64,000 bases of DNA, taken from the NCBI GenBank assembly GCA_963715195.1, contig CAVQRT010000030.1, positions 1 through 64,000 of the forward strand. Reading direction: 5' to 3'. Position 1 is the stretch's first letter, and the number at the start of each line of letters is the position of its first letter. The stretch is from Thermodesulfovibrionales bacterium. GTDB lineage: Bacteria; Nitrospirota; Thermodesulfovibrionia; Thermodesulfovibrionales; SM23-35. This document shows, one piece after another, positions 51,416 through 60,651 of the stretch. Below the pieces are notes generated by a model. The model saw only the letters and a program-made list of their open reading frames with translations. It did no database searches and had not been told where the DNA came from. Made by a program: the position numbers and the translations under genes.

Positions 51416-51772
51416 ATGAGTAGGAGCGTAGTCATAATAATGGTTTTGTCCCTTGCTTTTTTTCCAGCTGAATGTGTTGCTGAAAGCTTAAAATTCAACT
51501 GTGCAGGGGTGGGTGAAGGTATTATATGGAAATATACATTCGAGATTGATAAAGAGACTTCCAAAGGTATCGAAAAAGGGGTAACATTAGGTGGTTACCC
51601 CTATACAAAAGACATAGAGGTAGTATTCACACCAGAACGTATGCAAATTAATGCGCTAGGCGCGAAGGAATTCGCAGGTTGGATTGACCGCACTGATCTG
51701 AGCTTTTCTTACGGCTGGGCAAATGGCTCTTGTGATATTATACCCGTCGAAAAGAAGGATACTAAGTTTTAG
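51416..51772 (+). CDS. Hypothetical secreted protein
   Basis: Signal peptide; Cys near both ends; WIDRTDL..GSC. Confidence 0.65.
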   Translation: MSRSVVIIMVLSLAFFPAECVAESLKFNCAGVGEGIIWKYTFEIDKETSKGIEKGVTLGGYPYTKDIEVVFTPERMQINALGAKEFAGWIDRTDLSFSYGWANGSCDIIPVEKKDTKF

Positions 51773-52124
51773 TGCCTTTGTTAATTCCGGGATAAGAAAA
51801 AAACAAATCATTGCTGAAGCCCACGATATTTCTTCTTGTTTTTCTTAAGAGTCATTATATTATGTATGACCATTAGTAATTTACGATCTTCATAAGAGTT
51901 ACATATGCATTAGAAGAGGAAGACATTTTCTTTCCGTGTAAAGAGAGATTTTCGCAGGAATGGAATATCAAAAGAATTATGAAGAAAATTTCATTTGTTC
52001 TACATACTACGTTTTCATAAAATTAATCGAGGAGATCATGAATTTTGTTCAGCTTTCCCCATGTACGATCCCGTGTTCTACCGGACAGATATTTTAGGTG
52101 GCAACGTTTTAACTTCTTGTCCTC

Positions 52125-52841
52125 CTACTTCCTCTGTTCTGCATCCCCTCGTTCAGGTTTTCCCTGAGACTTTTGGTGTTGTGATCCCCTCCGGTATTGC
52201 TGGCCCCGAGTTTGAGAATGCTGTTTTTGGGGTTGCTGCTGTCTCTGAGGTCTCTCAACCTGTGGTTGTTTTTGTTGCTTTTGTATCTGTTGCTGATGCC
52301 GCTGAACCTCATGCCTCTGTTGATATTGCTCTTGCCTTCGATGTCTCAGTTCCTGTCTCTGTTGGTATGGTCGAGGCCGATAGTTCTGGACGCCCCAGGT
52401 TCCATGCCTTTCCCAGTATCGATTATTTTGCCATCTCCCCCAGTTCTGCTGAAGTCGTCGGGTAGGAATCCGTTCATATTTCCACCGGTGTCCGTACCAA
52501 TTATGGTCTCTATAGTATCCTCTCCAACCTGGGGCAACATCAAAATAAAAACTTGGAACACGGTCATAATAAGCCCAACCCCGGTCATAATAATGTGAGC
52601 GATACCAACGACCTTCCCATAGACGCCACCACAAACCATACCAGAAAAACATGTCTACATCTATATCAGGAACAACGTACACATAGTTCGTATCAGGTAT
52701 CACTATTACATCCGGAGGTGCCTCAAATACGATGGGTGGTGGCAGAGAAATTCCAATACTTACATCTACCCTTGCCATTGTTGGAATAGGGACGACAATT
52801 GCCAACGCCAAGAGAATTATCCCTAAAAGAAACTTTTTCAT
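52125..52841 (-). CDS. Secreted Trp/Tyr/Arg-rich protein with Gln-rich tail
   Basis: Signal peptide, VDVSIGISLPPP, FFWYGLWWRLWEGRWYRS; GAGG RBS. Confidence 0.7.
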   Translation of the reverse strand: MKKFLLGIILLALAIVVPIPTMARVDVSIGISLPPPIVFEAPPDVIVIPDTNYVYVVPDIDVDMFFWYGLWWRLWEGRWYRSHYYDRGWAYYDRVPSFYFDVAPGWRGYYRDHNWYGHRWKYERIPTRRLQQNWGRWQNNRYWERHGTWGVQNYRPRPYQQRQELRHRRQEQYQQRHEVQRHQQQIQKQQKQPQVERPQRQQQPQKQHSQTRGQQYRRGSQHQKSQGKPERGDAEQRK

Positions 52842-52957
52842 TTTGTTGCCTCTTTATTCCTACCTTATTGATTTCTATCTGTAATATAGCATCCCAGAGC
52901 AATTTCTAAAAATCATTCTTTCAGAAAGAAAAGCTTGCATCTCGTTTTCTCAATATT

Positions 52958-53020
52958 CCGTAACATAAAACTCACCGGCTGTCATGGAGCGCAGCGGTTC
53001 GGTGTAGCGCCTTGTTAGGG
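52958..53020 (-). mobile_element. Integron attC recombination site
   Basis: Minus strand CCCTAAC-AAGGCGCTACACCG...CGGTGAGTTTTAT-GTTACGG; the upstream gene's TAA lies within R''. Confidence 0.7.
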
Positions 53021-53674
53021 GGATTTTGGCGCATCTGGCTTTATCGCAAAGACGTAAGCCCTTCGGCTGTCGTACTCCACTTCAGGGTATGGTTCTCTCT
53101 CGATTATCTCTATCTTTTCAAATCCACTGTCCTCGAGACAACTGAAAATGAAATCGGTAGTGAAAAACATAAAGTCTATATCGACTTTTTTACCGAGAAA
53201 CTCGTCTAAGTGAATTGTCTCCTCACCAATGTGGTATGTGAAAAGGAATATTCCACCAGGCTGTAATACACGAAATACTTCACGGAATGCTATCCTTACT
53301 TGTGCTTCTGTGAAGTGAACTATAGCGTAGAAAGCTACAACACCAGCTATTGAGACATTTTCAAATTCGAGCTTAAGAATATTTCCCTTTCTGAAGTGTA
53401 TCTCTGGATGAATTGTTCTTGCCTGTTCGAGTATTTTTTCCGATAGATCCAGTCCTGAGATTTCAATACCATGGTTTTTCAGGTATTTTGTAGTTTGACC
53501 GGGCCCACAGCCGAAATCCCAGACCGGCCTCCTATTCCCGATTTTTTGCGAAAATCTATCGAGTATTTCTTGGTCTTTCGGTTTCTTTTCGTGTTCATCA
53601 GTGAATGCTTCCGCATATTCTTTTGCAATTGTATCATACAGGTTCTCCACTTTATTTAATTGATATATCTCCAT
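53015..53674 (-). CDS. Class I SAM-dependent methyltransferase (gene cassette)
   Basis: WDFGCGPG, GLDLS, FYAIVH, RVLQPGG. Confidence 0.88.
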   Translation of the reverse strand: MEIYQLNKVENLYDTIAKEYAEAFTDEHEKKPKDQEILDRFSQKIGNRRPVWDFGCGPGQTTKYLKNHGIEISGLDLSEKILEQARTIHPEIHFRKGNILKLEFENVSIAGVVAFYAIVHFTEAQVRIAFREVFRVLQPGGIFLFTYHIGEETIHLDEFLGKKVDIDFMFFTTDFIFSCLEDSGFEKIEIIEREPYPEVEYDSRRAYVFAIKPDAPKSP

Positions 53675-53893
53675 AGATAAACCATGAGATGTATTCATAT
53701 TATAGGACAAAATAATCAGATCCAAAGAAGAGGTTATTAATTACTCTGGATGCAGCATGCCCTTTTTGTCAACACTAAGCACGAGTCATGACTGCTATCC
53801 TCGAAGTGACAAAAGATATCTTTTATGGATTGCATCGTATGTTTATATTTGGAAAACGATTGTTCTTTAAATATAAACGAAGAGTAAATTTTA

Positions 53894-53922
53894 TTGACAT
53901 ATTATATTTAATCACATATTAT
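53894..53922 (+). promoter_or_regulatory. Near-consensus sigma70 promoter
   Basis: TTGACA-17 bp-TATTAT; 38-bp imperfect palindrome upstream at 53841-53878. Confidence 0.75.
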
Positions 53923-53979
53923 TTTCTTAGTGTTGGTTGTTTTGTCTATCAAGAACAAGAAAGGGAGGTGAAAGAGTTC

Positions 53980-54063
53980 ATGCCGGTAAAGAAAAAAGCC
54001 ACAAAGAAAAAAGTTGCTGCGAAAAAGACTGTAAAAAAGAAGACCGCAAAAAAGAAGAAATAA
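53980..54063 (+). CDS. 27-aa Lys-rich histone-H1-like peptide
   Basis: AAAGGGAGGTGA RBS; MPVKKKATKKKVAAKKTVKKKTAKKKK; own promoter and terminator. Confidence 0.75.
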   Translation: MPVKKKATKKKVAAKKTVKKKTAKKKK

Positions 54064-54093
54064 GTTTCCCTCAACAGATGTTTTTTTTATTTC

Positions 54094-54123
54094 GGCTGGG
54101 GATGATCTCTCCAGCCTTTTTTT
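54094..54123 (+). terminator. Rho-independent terminator
   Basis: GGCTGGGGA-TGATC-TCTCCAGCC followed by a T run. Confidence 0.85.
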
Positions 54124-54331
54124 ATGGTCTTCTCTTCTTGCGGTCTTTAACTATTATGAAACTCCATTCCTGAGAAAATATCAAGATAATTTTGCAACCA
54201 TCTGTTAAATAACGATTAATTCCACATTAATAAATAGTGATCGTTTTGCGCTATGGTCTTCACCGATTAGATGGGTCATATGATTGCCACTTACGGGAGG
54301 TGTAATGAAAAGGATTAGAACGCGAACGTGA

Positions 54332-54616
54332 TTAATGATAGCTTCTGATAATGCTTTCTTTGCTGCCGACAGATAAGTTATAAACCCAACCAAAGACTAA
54401 TCCACAAAAAGCTCCGTCTACAAGAGCATACAATGTAGCTATAATAATGTCTCCGAGAGAACGTGCTGCGTTATATCCAGGATAGAGAGAAGCAATTATC
54501 TGGAGAAATGCATTACCATAGCTTGGCCAGATGAGATTCGCCAACCCTGTTGTCATTACTGCAAAAGCCCAGAGAACGCCTGCAGCGAAAGCTATAGCTC
54601 TTAAATTTAATTTCAT
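54332..54616 (-). CDS. Small two-TM membrane protein
   Basis: MKLNLRAIAFAAG, SLYPGY, YALVDG..FGWVYN; AAGGAG RBS. Confidence 0.75.
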   Translation of the reverse strand: MKLNLRAIAFAAGVLWAFAVMTTGLANLIWPSYGNAFLQIIASLYPGYNAARSLGDIIIATLYALVDGAFCGLVFGWVYNLSVGSKESIIRSYH

Positions 54617-54792
54617 CTTTTTCTCCTTTTCATTAATCGAGAAATTTTAGATTGGAATATACCCCATTGACTCAACATTTGATATTTTTAATTTCGGGAG
54701 AAGAACTCAACAATGGCAAGAAATCTTTTCTCTAACGATTGCATCCACTGATGTTCAATATTTCTCCTATATTTTTTCCCGAACAAAAATCT

Positions 54793-55326
54793 CTAAACGA
54801 GTTTGCCGACACCGCCCGCAATAGAGAACAACAGTGCAAGTATTACCAGTTGTATGATCCAACCGATCAAACAAACCCCAATAGCACGAAATGTGCTTTT
54901 ATAATCAAGAGCTTGTCTGACTGCTATGACCATTGCTACCATCATCCAAATTGAAGCAACAAAGAAAACTATTCCCATAAGCCCGGGTATGATACCCAAT
55001 AGTCTTATGAAACCAGGGGAACTCGAAAAACCGATAGTACGTAATAACTCGGTAGGATGTGATTTGGTCTGGGGTTCAGGCAGAATTTTTGTTCCAATAA
55101 AGTAAGTGAGGTAGGCCCACACTACCCACCCGGCAAGTGCTCCAATTGTACCCATCAAAATACCACTGGGTCCTGCTTGTGAAATACTCCCTATGCCTGC
55201 CGCTATGCTTGAAAGTACTACGACACCCATAGCCTGACCCAATGCTCCTGTATCAGCCTCAACTTCTTCATATAGATGAACATCTAATTTAGAAGCTCTG
55301 ATAATACGATTCATCATGTTAGACAT
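54793..55326 (-). CDS. YIP1 family membrane protein
   Basis: LYEEVEAD, LLRTIGFSSSPG, VIAVRQALDY. Confidence 0.82.
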   Translation of the reverse strand: MSNMMNRIIRASKLDVHLYEEVEADTGALGQAMGVVVLSSIAAGIGSISQAGPSGILMGTIGALAGWVVWAYLTYFIGTKILPEPQTKSHPTELLRTIGFSSSPGFIRLLGIIPGLMGIVFFVASIWMMVAMVIAVRQALDYKSTFRAIGVCLIGWIIQLVILALLFSIAGGVGKLV

Positions 55327-55462
55327 TTGCTCCACCTCCATTCATACAAATATCGATAACCATTTATAACCTACACAATTATATCAGAATTAAATTCTTT
55401 GGCTTTCAGGAAAAAATCGATCCGTCATCAGAGACTTCATGGAGCATCAATATGCAATAGAA

Positions 55463-55568
55463 TTACTAAGGGGGTCATAAGTAAGAATACGTAGGCGTTC
55501 TCAAAAAGCCTTTTAATAAGCCATGTTATGAGAATCACAGGTGTTTTTACAAATGACCTTATTAGTAA
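55463..55568. repeat. ~106-nt imperfect hairpin element, copy 1 (copy 2 at 59235-59342)
   Basis: TTACTAAGGGGGTCATAAGTAAGAATAC...GTGTTTTTACAAATGACCTTATTAGTAA. Confidence 0.7.
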
Positions 55569-55626
55569 ATATTGACAAAGTACCTGTTCTTCCCGCAATC
55601 TACACCAACTTGAAAAGGTGAATGAG

Positions 55627-55896
55627 ATGATTGAGAAGAGAAAGTTCGAAAGAAACAACCTCATCAAAATAGTCCATTATTCTCCTTCAACTCATACCAC
55701 TGATGCAGTTTTAAATGGTGTAACGCAGAACTTTAGCTATTCGGGACTGTGTTTTATAACCCGTCATGCTGTTGAAAGAAGGCAAGAAATACTTCTTAAA
55801 AGTCGTATTGTGCCTAATGCAAAAACGGCTGTCGTCAGATGGCACAAAGACATAGGTAATGGTAACTATAAGGTAGGATTAGAAATTAGGAGATAA
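55627..55896 (+). CDS. PilZ domain protein
   Basis: EKRKFER (RxxxR) and NFSYSG (D/NxSxxG), AVVRW, YKVGLE. Confidence 0.8.
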   Translation: MIEKRKFERNNLIKIVHYSPSTHTTDAVLNGVTQNFSYSGLCFITRHAVERRQEILLKSRIVPNAKTAVVRWHKDIGNGNYKVGLEIRR

Positions 55897-56011
55897 ATCC
55901 TGCGGCATTCAGGAAGGAGCTATCCTCTTGTAGTACTCATATTATTTGTGCCCCTCGCGGTTGAATCCCGCTCCCTATAACAACTTATTGCTCATTCGAT
56001 TAATAAAGGTA

Positions 56012-56197
56012 TCATTTACGGGATTCTCTCCAAAGCATAAATGCAAGTCCTGCCATAAATAGGAAACCAGGCACGCTTATCCATTGGGGGATAATCATAC
56101 CGTTTATACTAACCTCCCAACCAAAATACAACCGAAGAAGGTGTATGAACGCAATAACCAAGAAAACGATGATCCCGATAGAGGTAAAAGGTTTCAC
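56012..56197 (-). CDS. Small membrane protein
   Basis: KPFT...HLLRL.FGWEV...IPQWIS, two TM helices. Confidence 0.7.
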   Translation of the reverse strand: MKPFTSIGIIVFLVIAFIHLLRLYFGWEVSINGMIIPQWISVPGFLFMAGLAFMLWRESRK

Positions 56198-56374
56198 TAT
56201 TTTTTTCTTATTTTTCCCCTAATGTTTTGTACATTCTCTATTGATTGCCAGCAGTACTAAATTCAATTATATCAGGTTTAAAAGGGGAGGAGGAAGGAAG
56301 GGATAGACGGAGATTATGGGGTTCATTGCAGAGCTTTCTTTGACTCTCGTGACATTTAGGATACAATAAATACG

Positions 56375-56755
56375 ATGAAGAGACCAAAAGGATTCAATCG
56401 GTTTGTAAATCTTGCAGGCTCTTATATAAAAGACCCTCAGAAGCGTTCATACATGCTTGCAGCGGTGAAAGACTATGCAAAGACCAAAAAGCATTTTATA
56501 CAACACTTTAAAGATGATCTCCAAACGTTGATTTACCTTTTCCGAGACTGGAGCAAGGGCACATATACAAGTGTCCCTGCACCTACGATACTGCTTGTAG
56601 TTGCAGCTCTTCTCTACTTCCTTTCACCACTTGATGCCATACCTGATTTTTTGGGGGCTGTGGGATTCACTGATGATGCAGCAGTTGTTCTGTTTGTGCT
56701 TAGTGCGATAAAAAACGAGATAAGCCATTACAGGGATTGGCGATCAAAAAAATAA
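56375..56755 (+). CDS. YkvA / DUF1232 family protein
   Basis: LLYFLSPLDAIPDFLGAVGFTDD. Confidence 0.88.
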   Translation: MKRPKGFNRFVNLAGSYIKDPQKRSYMLAAVKDYAKTKKHFIQHFKDDLQTLIYLFRDWSKGTYTSVPAPTILLVVAALLYFLSPLDAIPDFLGAVGFTDDAAVVLFVLSAIKNEISHYRDWRSKK

Positions 56756-56895
56756 GATATTAGCAGGACATTTTTCTCTTAACAAAAGAAATAAAGCATA
56801 GCATTAACATGACCAGTTCGATATTTGGTTGCGCATTATAAAACTGCTAATTACAAAAATAGAACTGAAAAACAAAAAACAGACTATTTTCCGGT

Positions 56896-57636
56896 TCAAT
56901 AAATGACCTTAACCAGAAATAAGGCATGAGGAGGAGCTGTAAAGCCGGCCGCTGAGCGTTTTTCCTTTTCAAACAATTCTTTAATTTCTGAAACAGAAAG
57001 CTCTCCTAAACCAACTTGAATAATCGTCCCGGTAATCACTCTGACCATTCTATGAAGAAAACCATCTCCAGAGAAATTGATAGTGATTTCACTTTCTTTT
57101 TTAAGAATTTCAATCTTTGAGAGTGTCCTAACGGTCGATTTGTTCTTTGACTTCAAGGCCGTAAAACTCCGAAAGTCTTTGGTTCCAACAAACAAATCTG
57201 CAGCCTGTTTCATTTTTTCAATATTCAAAGGTTTTTTTATGTGATAATAATAACCCCTGTTGAAAATATTTTTTTTAAAAGGATGGTTCCAAATCCGGTA
57301 TAAGTACTCTTTTCCTTTTGAATTTAGCCTTGAATGGAAACGTTCAGGCATTTCCTGGATGTCCAGGAGATTAATATCATCTGGAAAGTATTTATGAAGA
57401 TAGTCCTCTATTTCGGAAAGTCCCTTTTGACTTTGAGTATGAAAATTTGCAACTTGACCAAGGGCATGAACTCCGGTGTCTGTGCGGCCTGCTCCATGAA
57501 GCTCAATTTTTTCTCCTGTCATCAGTTGCAACACATGCTCAATTCTTCCCTGAACCGTGCTTTTAATAGTCCTCTGGCGCTGCCATCCTTTATAACGGCT
57601 ACCATCGTATTCCAAAATAAGTTTAATGTTACGCAT
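56896..57636 (-). CDS. truA: tRNA pseudouridine(38-40) synthase, probably an acquired copy
   Basis: EYDGSRYKGWQ, GAGRTDTGVHA, GFLHRMVR, APPHALFL. Confidence 0.92.
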   Translation of the reverse strand: MRNIKLILEYDGSRYKGWQRQRTIKSTVQGRIEHVLQLMTGEKIELHGAGRTDTGVHALGQVANFHTQSQKGLSEIEDYLHKYFPDDINLLDIQEMPERFHSRLNSKGKEYLYRIWNHPFKKNIFNRGYYYHIKKPLNIEKMKQAADLFVGTKDFRSFTALKSKNKSTVRTLSKIEILKKESEITINFSGDGFLHRMVRVITGTIIQVGLGELSVSEIKELFEKEKRSAAGFTAPPHALFLVKVIY

Positions 57637-57643
57637 AAAATTC

Positions 57644-57698
57644 TTCCAACCAGTAATTAGACCGTTAATGGAACTAACAACGGAATCCCAGGTTAGGC
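57644..57698 (-). mobile_element. Degenerate attC-like site immediately upstream of truA
   Basis: Minus strand GCCTAAC...CCGTT..AACGG...GTTGGAA, 55 nt, ending 7 nt before the truA ATG. Confidence 0.4.
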
Positions 57699-57918
57699 AG
57701 TCAGTTATTGGACGAAAACCGCCCCAATAATATCGGAATTTGTATATTAGTCAGACAATACTGGACATTCCCCATGATTGATTACCCGGAAATAACTTAC
57801 ACTGTTTTGAAGTTTTTGAAAAGTGCGGTTGTACAGGAAGAACATAACCTGCGGTGACAACCGGTGCAGGGGTAGCTACGTGTGTCATAAAATATTTCGA
57901 CAATAGCAAAATATAAGA

Positions 57919-58965
57919 CTATTTTTGATAAATGTGCAGGTCTCTCTGTGGGAAAGGGATTGTTATGCCAAAATCACCAAATTTTTTATAGATTGCACTA
58001 TTTAATTCATGTACTACGCGACCCCTTAATGCAGGTTTTCTTACCCAACAAAGCAGTTCGAAATTCAGAGCAGAATCACCAAATTCCCTGAACCTCACCC
58101 TCGGATCAGGTTCAGGAAGAATATTTTCATTTGCAGAAGCGATCTCAAGTAATATCTTTTCTACTAAATCTATGTCACTCCCGTAAGCAACTGAAATGGC
58201 TATTCTAACTCTGAAATTAGGGATTGGGGCACTTTCATTGATTATTTTTGAATTTGCAATAACTGAATTGGGAATTGTAATCAATACGTCATCTCTTGTC
58301 ATAATTCGTGTGCTTCTCACCCCTATCGCAGCTACCTCGCCTCTTTCTCCCCCTTCAATAATAATGTAATCTCCAATTTTATAAGGTCGATCCATAAAAA
58401 TACTTATGCCACCAAAAAAATTAGATAACGTGTCCTTTGCGGCTATTGCAATGGCGACACCAACTATCCCAGCGGATGCTAAAAGAGGTGTTACATTAAT
58501 CTTCCATATGGATAATACAATCATTAATGTACCTCCAATCAGCCCTATCTTAAAGACATTCTCGATCAAAGGAATAATGTCTTTTCTTAATCCTGTGACA
58601 TCAGAGGCCTTATAGAGAACGTTTCCTATGATAATATTGCCTATTTTTATCGTTGTAATTGTCCAAATGATAGCTATTATCGAATAGAGCGTATTATTCA
58701 CATAAAAAATAATTTCTGGTGAGGCTTCCAGATATGCAATGACAAGAGTACATCCGATCAATATAATTGTTAAATATATTGGTCTGTGAATTGCATCGAT
58801 TATCAGGTCATCAACATCGCTTTTTGTAAACCTTGCAAATTTCCTGAAAACTTTATCCACCAAGATGTCAATAAATTTGGCAAAAACAATCAATATGAGG
58901 ACAAAAAGAATTGCATTAATATAAGGCGAAGCTGAAATCTTAAGGGTTTCTATCAGTCTTGTCAT
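57919..58965 (-). CDS. Mechanosensitive ion channel MscS family
   Basis: LLASAGIVGVAIAIAAKDTLSN, DRPYKIGD, IGVRST, IPNS, IPFPQRD. Confidence 0.92.
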   Translation of the reverse strand: MTRLIETLKISASPYINAILFVLILIVFAKFIDILVDKVFRKFARFTKSDVDDLIIDAIHRPIYLTIILIGCTLVIAYLEASPEIIFYVNNTLYSIIAIIWTITTIKIGNIIIGNVLYKASDVTGLRKDIIPLIENVFKIGLIGGTLMIVLSIWKINVTPLLASAGIVGVAIAIAAKDTLSNFFGGISIFMDRPYKIGDYIIIEGGERGEVAAIGVRSTRIMTRDDVLITIPNSVIANSKIINESAPIPNFRVRIAISVAYGSDIDLVEKILLEIASANENILPEPDPRVRFREFGDSALNFELLCWVRKPALRGRVVHELNSAIYKKFGDFGITIPFPQRDLHIYQK

Positions 58966-59234
58966 ATTTTCTATTAGCTATAAGCTGTAATCTGAATCAG
59001 TATAACAGATTTTCTCAATCAGACTTCAGGACTGAGTTCACGCTGATGATCGGAAGCATTCAGTTGTGAGTTATTTGCTGCAATCAACAAAAGCAGAACC
59101 TTTTGGAAATGCGGCCTCCTTCTATATGGATTGTCGTGTTCGATCGATTGTTCAATACAAGAGAACTTTAAGAAGCAAGATCTGGATATGGGTATGATTC
59201 ATAATGGTAGACAGAAATATCAATTCATGGACTT

Positions 59235-59440
59235 TACTAAGGAGGTCATAAGTTAGGGCATATAGGCGTTCTTATAAAGCCCTTTCTTTAATAAGCCATT
59301 TCATGAGCATCATGGGTGTTTTTACAAATGACCTTATTAGTATATTGTATGTTTATAATTGCGAAACAATTGTTCTCTAAATGTAAACGAAGAGTAATTT
59401 TTATTGACATATAATATTTATTACCCTATTATTGGTTGTT
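59235..59440. repeat. Mosaic duplication: hairpin copy 2 fused to a copy of the 53837-53940 promoter module
   Basis: 59235-59342 matches 55463-55568; 59347-59440 matches 53837-53940, including TTGACA-17-TATTAT at 59404-59432. Confidence 0.75.
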
Positions 59441-59491
59441 AAAATAAATGATCGGTCTTTCCCTGATATCTAATCTTGATTGGTTATAACA

Positions 59492-59848
59492 TCATGCAGC
59501 ATTTAATTCTTTCCTCAACCAATCCTTAAGTTCGCCATCCGGTGCATAGACACCTTTAAAATTACATACTGGCTTTTCAAATCTCTCAGGCAATTCGAAT
59601 TTAGCCAGATCTACTGCTTCTTCATGGCTCATTTTGATGAGATAAATATAGTACGGTTTAGACCAGCAGTTAACGACAAAATAGACTGAATAATCCTTTT
59701 TCGACTGCACTACATTTCTTTTATTCTCCCCACGAGACCAGATGTTCCCCCACTCCAAATACATTCGCACAGCCAGTTCCGGTGTCATGTCCCAAGCAAT
59801 GGAATTAATAAGCTCTCTTTCTTTTTTCAATTCTTCGAGTGTTAACAC
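59492..59848 (-). CDS. DVU0772-like conserved protein
   Basis: WDMTPELAVRMYLEWGN, YFVVNCW, KGVY; AAGGAG before GTG 59848. Confidence 0.75.
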   Translation of the reverse strand: MLTLEELKKERELINSIAWDMTPELAVRMYLEWGNIWSRGENKRNVVQSKKDYSVYFVVNCWSKPYYIYLIKMSHEEAVDLAKFELPERFEKPVCNFKGVYAPDGELKDWLRKELNAA

Positions 59849-60176
59849 AATATATCTCCTTTCAGATGTTTCTTGCATTTACCGTTTATATATTAACGTT
59901 AAATAATATTTTGTGCTACAGTGTACATTGGACTGTATAAAAAAATATTTTCTCTGATTGCGAAAATCAAAGATGCAATAGTGTGCTAGCGCATTTTGCC
60001 TTAAAGAGGAATAATTTATCTTCTCGATTACCAGTTATTAATCTGCAAAATTAGTCTGCGTATGAAAGGTTTCACCTACAGGGAGAAGGATCAATTTCGA
60101 GTGAATGATAATATGGGATGTCTCATAAGGGTTATTATGGGCGAATTTTCGGATAGTTTTGAGATTTGTATCTGTT

Positions 60177-60416
60177 TTAAAGGTTACATTTTGCAGCAAA
60201 CCTTCCGGCATATTCGTAAAGACCTTCTCTCATAAATTTATCGTATATTGATTCTATTGTTTCCTTATGTTTTATAAGCTCAAATTCATCCACTAATGTG
60301 AGTATTTTTTCAAATGTCTTCTTCCATATCTGTTCTTCAGTCCCACCCCGTAATTCAGTTATTAATTTTTCTATTTCCTTCACTATAGCTATTTGCGCCT
60401 TCGTTAGTTCTCCCAT
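60177..60416 (-). CDS. Hypothetical protein
   Basis: 79-aa helical ORF with AAGGAGG upstream. Confidence 0.55.
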   Translation of the reverse strand: MGELTKAQIAIVKEIEKLITELRGGTEEQIWKKTFEKILTLVDEFELIKHKETIESIYDKFMREGLYEYAGRFAAKCNL

Positions 60417-60651
60417 ATTTCCGAGCCTCCTTCCTACCCTACATAATTCTGTCGAGAGTTCTCATCTCACATTGATTGCTGGATATAATCTACACTATTT
60501 TTGGGTTTCTTTGAAATGAGGGAGGATTGAATGAGCAGGATTGGCCAACGAATAGTAAACCCTGGGATAGAAGGGAATTTTCTCAAAGGTGTTCCTTATC
60601 AAGAAAATAGCATTATTCGATTTTACTATGTATTGTAAATCGCGAGCAGGT

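Noticed and set aside
51995..52598. Plus-strand ORFs of 156 aa and 133 aa
   Set aside because: Antisense shadows of the low-complexity 52125..52841 gene
54729..54790. Additional attC downstream of the YIP1 gene (minus-strand GTGGATGCAATCGTTAGAG)
   Set aside because: Resembles a right arm only; no complementary left arm found
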